A stretch of DNA of 64,000 nucleotides from Eledone cirrhosa (taxonomy: Eukaryota): the NCBI GenBank assembly GCA_964016885.1, contig OZ024748.1, positions 33,604,001-33,668,000 on the forward strand, given 5' to 3'. A program made the translations under genes and the position numbers. This document shows positions 55,586-64,000 of the stretch, piece after piece. The notes beneath the pieces were generated by a model. That model was not told the origin of the DNA. It ran no database searches and was given only the letters and a program-made list of their open reading frames with translations. Position 1 is the first letter of the stretch, and every line of letters begins with the position of its first letter.

Positions 55586-58450
55586 TCACATAAAAATAGT
55601 TTGGCAGAACTTTTTGGGCCAGTGGACTCTCCGACCGGAACGGGTCGTAGTCTTGTATGTAGGTGAAGGTGGGGCAGAAGGAGCAGGTGTATGCACAAGA
55701 GAGAAAGATTGGGGTATTTGTGGCTCGGGTGTATGAGCGTCATTGTGTGCCCTTTTCAGTCTATCCACCGAAATTGTCTCTCTGGACCCCTTAACGTCTA
55801 CAGTGAAATGTTTGTCAGTGCGTGTTAACACACGGTAGGGTCCAGAGTATGGTTGTGTGAGGGGTGGTCTCACAGCATCGTTCCTTACGAACACATGGGT
55901 CCACGAGGCAATGTCCCTCGGGACCGCAGGTTTTACAGTTTGCTTCCTCGTATCCATCGGTGGCAGGTCCTGTAAATAAGAACGCAGACGGGATACGTAG
56001 GAAAGCGGATCTTGGAAAGCAACATCAACAGGGGCAAACATTTGCCCAGGCAACGCTAGAGGAGCACCGTAAATTAATTCGGCCGGGGAGAACCCAAGGT
56101 CCTTCTTTATTGATGACCGAATTCCTAATAACACAATAGGAAGGTACTCGCTCCAACGTTGAGAGTCTGGATAGGCGCGAAGAGCGGCCTTTAATTGGCG
56201 GTGGAATCGTTCCACCATTCCATTTGAAGCAGGATGATAGGCTGTGGTCCGAATCCGTTGAGCTCCAATTATTTTGGTGAGCTCAGAGAAGAGATGGGAC
56301 TCGAATTGTCTACCGCGGTCTGTGGTGAGTGTAGTTGGTACCCCAAAGCGGGTAATCCACCCTGATACCAGGGCACGTGCTACAGTCTCAGCAGTCATGT
56401 CTTGTAAAGGGATGGCTTCAGGCCATCGCGAAAAACGATCGACACACGTCAATAGGTAGGAATATCCACTGCTGAATGGCCAAGGTCCAACGATGTCAAT
56501 GTGGATGTGTTGGAACCGAGCATCTGGAGTGGTGAAAGTACCCAGTGGAGTCCGGATGTGTCTATGGATCTTCGATTTCTGGCAAGCGATACAGGAACGG
56601 CACCAAGCAGCAATGTCGCGCCTCATATTAGGCCAGAAGAATCTGGCTGTTATGAGTTTAACTGTGGCAGCAGATCCTGGATGAGAAATGTTGTGCAGAG
56701 CCAGGAACACAATTCGACGGTGAGTCTCAGGAACAAGTGGTCGTGGTGCATCAGTGGATACATCACAAAGAATCTGCCTGTCGGTGGTGGACAAGGGCAG
56801 ATATTTGAAAATGCAAGTCGCAAATTCAGTAGAAAGAGTGTCCAACGATTGGAGTGCAGGTTGGTCTTCAGCTAAACGACCTAAGTCGATATCCTGGGAT
56901 GACGAGATGGAGCTAATTGGCAAACGTGATAATGCGTCTGCAACTATGTTGTGCGAGCCGGCAATGTGCTGGATATCGTTTGTAAATTGTGAAACGTAGT
57001 CCAGGTGCCTTGTCTCTCTGGGCGAATATCTGTCGGCTTTGGCCCTCAAAGCGAAGGTCAACGGTTTGTGGTCGGTAAAAACCGTAAAATTTCTCCCCTC
57101 AAGGATATGGGAGAAATGTTTCACCGACAGATATATGGCTAATAATTCCCGCCCAAACGTGCTATAACGCGTTTCTGCTGGTTTCAACTTCCTCGAGAAA
57201 AATGCCAAAGGTTGTTGGTTTTCAGCGTAAGACTGCTGTAAAACTGCTCCCACAGCGGTATCAGATGCATCAACACAAAGCGAAAGCTTGGCCTCTGGTA
57301 CCGGGTGGGCTAGCAAAGAAGAACTAGCGAGGGCTGTCTTGGCAGACTGGAAGTCCTGAAGCTGTCCTTGTGTCAAGGAAATGTCTTCATTCTTCTTACG
57401 ACGATTTTTTAAAATATCAGTAAGGGAAGATAGCCAATTAGCACAATGAGGAATGAAACGCGTATAGAACTTGATTAGGCCTAAGAAGTGACGCAACTGG
57501 TGAAGTGTAGTAGGCGGCGGTAACTCCTGTATGGCTTGAACTCGCTGAGGGAGCGGCCTAATACCTTCGGCGTCGATGAGGTGGCCTAAAAAATGTAGGG
57601 AAGTGGAACCGAAAACACACTTTGCAGGATTCACGCGAACGCAGTAATCCTGAAGTCGCCGAAGTAAGAGAAGCATGTGGCGCATATGCTCTTCCGGAGA
57701 GGAACTAGCGACGAGAATATCGTCTATGTAAGCATAGACGAAGTCCTGACCACGCGTGACCTCGTTTATGAACCGCTGAAAAGTGCTAGCGGCGTTCCTG
57801 AGTCCGAAAGGCATGGTCAAAAATTCGAATGATCCGAAAGGGGTTGTAATCGCAGTTTTCGGAATATCCTCCTTCCTGACCGGAATTTGGTGGTAGGCTC
57901 GCACTAAATCTAACTTAGAAAAAATCTTACACCCCTGCAGTGAAGATGCAAAATCGTGGAGATGGGGAATGGGATACCTATCCGGGACGGTCATGGCATT
58001 TAACCTCCTATAATCCCCCGTCGATCTCCAGTCGCCGGAAGTTTTGGGCACCATGTGTAACGGTGAAGCCCAAGGACTCGTAGATGGGCGAATAGTGCCC
58101 AGCTGCAGCATATGGTCGAACTCGGACCGTGCTGCCTTTAATTTTTCCGTCGGTAAGCGGCGTGGACGCGAAAACACTGGGGCACCGGTGGTGGAAACGA
58201 AATGTTCGGTCGAGTGTGTTGAGTCAGTGACTCGAAAATTTCCATCCGTGAGCTCCGGGAAAGAACCCAGTAACGCATGGTAAGCGTCACCAGCGGCAGC
58301 GATAAAGAACACGGAGCTGACTATTGGGGCATTGGCTTCCTGGCCATGAATTGAAAAGCCGGTGATGTTATCTACCAGGCGTTGGCCACGGACGTCCACA
58401 GTTAAAGAGAAGTTGTGGAGGAAATCCGCTCCTAAGATGGGATATGGCAA
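55586..58450 (-). CDS. Gypsy pol polyprotein (protease tail, RT, RNase H, integrase), uninterrupted 954 aa
   Basis: [43 protein letters not shown]...C..C, HIDIVGP, TDRGRQF, GMVER, GPY. Confidence 0.93.
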   Translation of the reverse strand: MPYPILGADFLHNFSLTVDVRGQRLVDNITGFSIHGQEANAPIVSSVFFIAAAGDAYHALLGSFPELTDGNFRVTDSTHSTEHFVSTTGAPVFSRPRRLPTEKLKAARSEFDHMLQLGTIRPSTSPWASPLHMVPKTSGDWRSTGDYRRLNAMTVPDRYPIPHLHDFASSLQGCKIFSKLDLVRAYHQIPVRKEDIPKTAITTPFGSFEFLTMPFGLRNAASTFQRFINEVTRGQDFVYAYIDDILVASSSPEEHMRHMLLLLRRLQDYCVRVNPAKCVFGSTSLHFLGHLIDAEGIRPLPQRVQAIQELPPPTTLHQLRHFLGLIKFYTRFIPHCANWLSSLTDILKNRRKKNEDISLTQGQLQDFQSAKTALASSSLLAHPVPEAKLSLCVDASDTAVGAVLQQSYAENQQPLAFFSRKLKPAETRYSTFGRELLAIYLSVKHFSHILEGRNFTVFTDHKPLTFALRAKADRYSPRETRHLDYVSQFTNDIQHIAGSHNIVADALSRLPISSISSSQDIDLGRLAEDQPALQSLDTLSTEFATCIFKYLPLSTTDRQILCDVSTDAPRPLVPETHRRIVFLALHNISHPGSAATVKLITARFFWPNMRRDIAAWCRSCIACQKSKIHRHIRTPLGTFTTPDARFQHIHIDIVGPWPFSSGYSYLLTCVDRFSRWPEAIPLQDMTAETVARALVSGWITRFGVPTTLTTDRGRQFESHLFSELTKIIGAQRIRTTAYHPASNGMVERFHRQLKAALRAYPDSQRWSEYLPIVLLGIRSSIKKDLGFSPAELIYGAPLALPGQMFAPVDVAFQDPLSYVSRLRSYLQDLPPMDTRKQTVKPAVPRDIASWTHVFVRNDAVRPPLTQPYSGPYRVLTRTDKHFTVDVKGSRETISVDRLKRAHNDAHTPEPQIPQSFSLVHTPAPSAPPSPTYKTTTRSGRRVHWPKKFCQTIFM

Positions 58451-58455
58451 ATCGG

Positions 58456-59189
58456 CAGCAGAACAAGCCAGAGAATTTATTTTTGCAGCACTCTTCCTGT
58501 GAGAAAATCCATTCGGAGGTTGGAAATTTCACGATATACCACAGAACAGAAACCACCTGCATTCATTCTCTGGAACACACTTTCTTTCCTGCTGTCATGT
58601 GATTGCACACCTGTGAACTATATTTTGTACATTTAAACTTTGAGCTCTTCTCTTACTTTATTACATTGTATCTTTGGGTGATGGATAGATAGATGTCCAG
58701 TCGTTCTCTGGCCAAGAGCGGTTGGCTACCTTGACATCTATCATTGATTTTTGCAAACATTCTTTTGTCGTAATTTTCATGCCTGTTACAACATTCTCGC
58801 CAACTTGCTACATATGTCATTCGATTTTTATATTCTAAAATTCTGGCGGGAGGTTATGTAGCAGTAGCCTCCCTTGTGACTCACAACTCCAATAGATTAA
58901 CATCTAGACGGGAAGTAGAACCCTTTCTGTAACATCCGGTCAGAACCCTATAAAACTAACAACTTTAAGTTCTCACCCTCTCATTAGCCCTTCCGGCGCC
59001 TGGCCTTCGCCAGATGTCTTCTGCCAGCCTGCGTTTGCCTGGCAATCAAAACGGTAACTACTAACTTTGCTTCATTCTTTCGTTTATTCATTGACATGTC
59101 AACTATACTGTTAAATTGTTGATTAAATATTATACACACAAACCATGTCTCCTTGTTACATTTCATACAACCCAGTTTTACGCTATATT
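58456..59189 (+). mobile_element. Inverted 3' end (3'UTR + PPT + LTR) of a related Gypsy element
   Basis: 58456-58856 is a diverged reverse complement of 54963-55267. PPT ggcgggaggtta is followed by TGTAGCAG at 58857, with TATAAAA at ~58949. Confidence 0.8.
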
Positions 59190-59360
59190 GGAATCAGGAG
59201 GCGAGAGAGAGATTTCGTGGTAAACCGCTCCTTTTATATCTGTTGACCGGAAGTGACCACCAGGGAGTCTGGTCAATCCCAAAGGGAAGCAACTCCACCT
59301 ACTTCCTGTCTAGAGAGCAGTGATGAGATTGTCATGGCAGGGGAGGCAACTCTTACTACA

Positions 59361-62300
59361 GGTGGAATGAATCAGTGGTGATGGCCATTAGGTGGAGTGA
59401 ATCAGTGCTAGTGGACATTAGGTGGAGCGAATCAGTGTTGGTGAACATTAGGCAAAGTTTTAGAATGTTAGTATCAGTGTATATATATTATTAAAATAAA
59501 CAATAATTTTCAGATGCATGTTGTGACATAGTTGTACTTCACAGAAGTCAAATAAATTGATAGAAATAATTTTTACCACATGTTGATGGTGAGTTGGTCG
59601 CAACTCCCAGACTGGGGAGTGTTGAGAAGAGAGAAAGATGACAGGACTCATCTCATCATAAGAATGGAGTCATCTCTAGGGAGAGAAAGCAGGAATCGTC
59701 TCTTGGTAATGTCGAAAGTGGTCTTTTCGGCTGCGGCGTAGGAAGTGAGATAGAACGCCTTAAGTCCTCAAATATATAGTCCCCAGGGGGGCGTGACTCC
59801 ATTTAGTACATGGATCTGCCACTGGCTGTCGCGACAGTCTCAAAGGGACGGAACTCCTATACGTGCTGAGTTCCAGCCGTAAGGGGTCGCTACAAGTGAA
59901 TCAGTGGTGGTTGACATTAGGTGGAGTGAATCAGTGGTGGTGGGGTGGATATGAGGTAGAGTGAATCAGTGGTGGTGGACATTAGGTAGAGTGAATCAGT
60001 GGTGGTGGACATTAGGTTGAGAGAATCAGTGGTGGTGGACATTAGGTGGACTGAATCAGTGGTGGTGGGCATTATGTGGAGTGAATCAGTGGTGGTGGAC
60101 ATTATGTGGAGTGGACATTATGTGGAGTGAATCAGTGGTGGTGTGGTGGACATTAGGTGGAGTGAATCAGTGGTGGTGTGGTGGACATTATGTGGAGTGA
60201 ATCAGTGGTGGTGAGGTGGACATTAGGTGGAGTGAATCAGTGGTGGTGTGGTGGACATTAGGTAGAGTAAATCAGTGGTGGTAGACATTATGTGGAGAGA
60301 ATCAGTGGTGGTGGACATTAGGTGGAGTGAATCAGAGGTGGTGGATATTAGGTAGAGTGAATGAGTGGTGGTGGAGATTATGTGGATGGAATCAGTTGTG
60401 GTGGACATTGGGTGGAGTGAATCAGTGGTGGTGGACATTTGGTGGAGTGAATCAATGGTGGTGTGGTGGACATTAGATGGAGTGAATCAATGGTGGTAGA
60501 CATCAGGTGGTGTGAAACAGTGGTGGTGTGGTGGACATTGGGTGGAGTGAATCAGTGGCGGTGGACATTAGGTGGAGTGAAACAGTGGTGGTGTGGTGGA
60601 CATTAGGTGGAGTGAATCAATGGTGGTGGACATTAGGTGGAGTGAAACAGTGGTGGTGTGGTGGATATTGGGTAGAGTGAATCAGAGGTGGTGGACATTA
60701 GAAAGAGTGAACCAGTGGTGTTGTGGTGGACATTAGATGGAGTGAATCAGTGGTGGTGGACATTAGGTAGAGTAAATCAGTGGTGGTGGACATTGGGTGG
60801 AATGAATCAGTGGTGATGGCCATTAGGTGGAGTGAATCAGTGCTAGTGGACATTAAGTGGAGCGAATCAGTGTTGGTGAACATTAGGCAAAGTTTTAGAA
60901 TGTTAGTATCAGTGTATATATATTATTAAGAAAAACAATAATTTTCAGGTGCATGTTGTGACATAGTTGTACTTCACGGAAGTCAAATAAATTAATAGAA
61001 ATAATTTTTACCACATGTTGATGGTGACTTGGTCTCAACTCCCAGACAGGGGAGTGTTGAGAAGAGAGAAAGATGACAGGACTCATCTCTTCGTAAGACA
61101 GGAGTCATCTCTAGGGAGAGAAATAGGAATCGTCTCTTGGTAATGTCGAAGGGGTCTTTTTGGCTGTGGCGTAGGAAGTGAGATAGAACGCCTTAAGTCC
61201 TCAAATATATAGTCCCCAGGGGGTCGTGACTCCATTTAGTACATGGATCTGCCACTGGCTGTCGCGACAGTCTCAAAGGGACGGAACAACTATACGTGCT
61301 GAGTTCCAGCCGTAAGGGGTCGCTACAAGTGAATCAGTGGTGGTTGACATTAGGTGGAGTGAATCAGTGGTGGTGGGGTGGATATGAGGTAGAGTGAATC
61401 AGGGGTGGTGGACATTAGGTGGAGAGAATCAGTGGTGGTGGACATTAGGTGGAGTGAATCAGTGGTGGTGGACATTAGGTGAAGTGAATCAGTGGTCGTG
61501 AACATTAGGTGGAGTGAATCAGTGGTGGTGGACATTAGGTGGAATGAATCAATTGCGGTGGACATTATGTGGAGAGAATCAGTGGTGGTGGTCATTAGGT
61601 GGAATGACTCAGTGGGGGTGGACATTATGTGGAGTGAATCTGGTGGTTTGGTGGACATTAGATAGAGTGAATGAGTGGTGGTGTACATTATGTGGGAGTG
61701 AATGAGTGGTGGTGGACATTATGTAGAGTGAATCAGTTGTGGTGGACATTGGGTAGAGGGAATTAATGGTGGTGGACATTGGGTGGAGTGAATGAGTGGG
61801 GGTGGACATTAGGTATGATGAATCTGGTAGTTTGGTGGACATTAGATACAGTGAATGAGTGGTGGTGGACATTAGGTGGAGTGAATCAATGGTGGTGGAC
61901 ATTAGGTGGAGGGAATCAGTGGTGGTCGACATTAGGGAGAATGAATCAGTGGTGGTGGACATTAGCTGAAGTGAATCAGTGGTTGTGGACATTAGGTGGA
62001 ATGAATCAGAGGTGGTGAGGTGGACATTAGGTGGAGTGAATCAGTGGTGGTGGACATTAGTTGGAGTGCATCAGTGGTGGTGGACATTAGGTGGAGTGAA
62101 TCAATGGTGGTGTGGTGGACATTAGGTGGTGTGAATCAGTGGTGGTGGGCATTAGGTGGAGTGAATCAGTGGCGGTGTGGTGAACATGAGGTAGAGTGAA
62201 TCAGTGGTGGTTGACATTAGGTGGACTGAATCAGTGGTGGTGGACTTTAGGATGACTGAATCAGTGGTGGTGGACATTAGGTGGAGTGAATCAGTGGTGG

Positions 62301-64000
62301 TTGACATTAGGTGGAGTGAATCAATGGTGTTGTGGTGAACATGAGGTAGAGTGAATCATTGGTGGTGAACATTAGGTAGAGGGAATCAGTGGTGGTCGAC
62401 ATTAGGGAGAATGAATCAGTGGTGGTGGACTTTAGGTGGAGTGAATCAGTGGTGGTGTGGTGAACATGAGGTAGAGTAAATCAGTGGTGGTGGACATTAG
62501 GTGGAGTGAATCAGTGGTGGTTGACATTAGGTAGAGTGAATCGGGGGTGTTGGCCATTACCTAGAGTAAATCAGTGGTGGTGGGCATTAGGTGGTGTGAA
62601 TGAGTGGTGGTTGACTTTAGATGGACTGAATCAGTGGTGGTGGACTTTAGGTGGAGTGAATCAGTGGAGGTGGACATTAGGTGGTATGAATCAGTGGTGG
62701 TGTGGTGAACATGAGGTAGAGTAAAACAGTGGTGGTGGACATTAGGTAGAGTGAATCGGTGGTGGTGGGCATTAGGTGGAGTGAATCAGTGGAGGTGGAC
62801 ATTAGGTGGAGTGAATCAGTGGTGGTAGACATTAGGTGCAGTGAATCGGTGGTGGTGGCCATTAGCTAGAGCAAATCAGTGGTGGTGGACTTTAGGTGGA
62901 GTGAATCAGTGGTGGTGGACATTAGGTGGAATGAATCAATGGTGGTGGACATTAGGTAGCGTGAATCAGTGGTGGTGGACATTAGGTGGAGGGAATCAGT
63001 GGTGGTGGACATTAGGTAGAGTGAATCAGTGGTGGTGGACATTTGCTGCAGTGAATCAGTGGTGGTGGACATTAGGTAGAGGGAATCAATGGTGGTGTGG
63101 TGAACATAAGGTAGAGTGAATCATTGGTGGTGGACATTAGGTGGAGGGAATCAGTGGTGGTGGACATTAGGTAGAGTAAATCAGTGGTGGTGTGGTGGAC
63201 ATTAGGTGGAATAAATCAGTGGTGGTGGACATTAGCTGGAGTGAATCGGTGGTGGTGGACATTAGCCGGAGTGAATCAGTGGTGGTGGACATTAGCTGGA
63301 GTGAATCAGTGGTGGTGGACATTAGGTGGAGTGAATCGGTGGTGGTGGACATTAGGTAGAGTAAATCAGTGGTGGTGTGGTGGACATTAGGTGGAATAAA
63401 TCAGTGGTGGTGGACATTAGCTGGAGTGAATCGGTGGTGGTGGACATTAGCCGGAGTGAATCAGTGGTGGTGGACATTAGCTGGAGTGAATCAGTGGTGG
63501 TGGACATTAGGTGGAGTGAATCGGTGGTGGTGGACATTAGGTAGAGTAAATCAGTGGTGGTGTGGTGGACATTAGGTGGAATAAATCAGTGGTGGTGGAC
63601 ATTAGCTGGAGTGAATCGGTGGTGGTGGACATTAGCCGGAGTGAATCAGTGGTGGTGGACATTAGGTGGAGTGAATCGGTGGTGGTGGACATTAGGTAGA
63701 GTAAATCAGTGGTGGTGGACATTAGGTGGAGTGAATCAGTGGTGGTGGACATTAGGTGGAATGAATCAGAGGTGGTGAGGTTGACATTAGGTGGAGTGAA
63801 TCAGTGTTGGTGGGGTGGATATGAGGTAGAGTGAATCAGGGGTGGTGGACATTAGGTGGAGAGAATCAGTGGTGGTGGACATTAGGTGGAGTGAATCAGT
63901 GGTGGTGGACATTAGGTGATTTGAATCAGTGGTCGTGAACATTAGGTGGAGTTAATCAGTGGTGGTGGACATTAGGTGGAATGAATCAATTGCGGTGGAC
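59361..64000. repeat. 30-bp G-rich satellite, block 2, with higher-order units
   Basis: Same monomer as block 1. A ~1.43-kb unit is repeated from 59361 and ~60796, and 185-bp units occur at 63167-63540. Confidence 0.97.

Larger units (their letters stand above)
54532..59360 (-). mobile_element. Ty3/Gypsy LTR retrotransposon inserted in the satellite, 5' region rearranged
   Basis: LTR sequence at both ends and a pol ORF; gag and the PBS are missing. The satellite phase continues across the insertion. Confidence 0.9.

Noticed and set aside
51816-64000. Repetitive ORFs (MSTTTDSLHL / NQWWWTLGG) as mucin-like proteins
   Set aside because: These are translations of a 30-bp satellite, repeatedly frameshifted by 35-bp variants.

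Overview
Eukaryotic, AT-rich, repeat-dominated DNA. It is most likely a cephalopod (octopus-like) genome, inferred from a tandem TGEKP-linked C2H2 zinc-finger cluster, Nin/Deu-domain tRNA-derived SINEs and dense (TA)n/(CA)n microsatellites. The only host-gene-like features are one C2H2-ZNF exon (~18.2-19.4 kb) and two decayed paralogues. The rest is a nested transposon landscape: a decayed Helitron, about six Penelope-like elements (PLEs) or fragments, two Gypsy elements (one with an intact 954-aa pol), RTE and CRE-like LINE relics, SINEs, TE-derived minisatellites and a large 30-bp satellite. The main non-obvious signal is a set of minimal type I hammerhead ribozymes read by eye: at least 8 copies from 4 unrelated sequence families, plus degenerate candidates. 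They have palindromic mini stem IIIs (CTAG, CAATTG, CCAcTGG, TGCGCA) and lie next to (TA)n tracts. Three of the four families are associated with fold-back inverted duplications, including a ~2 kb ORF-less palindrome carrying a hammerhead on each strand. Coordinates were read manually and no folding or database searches were run.
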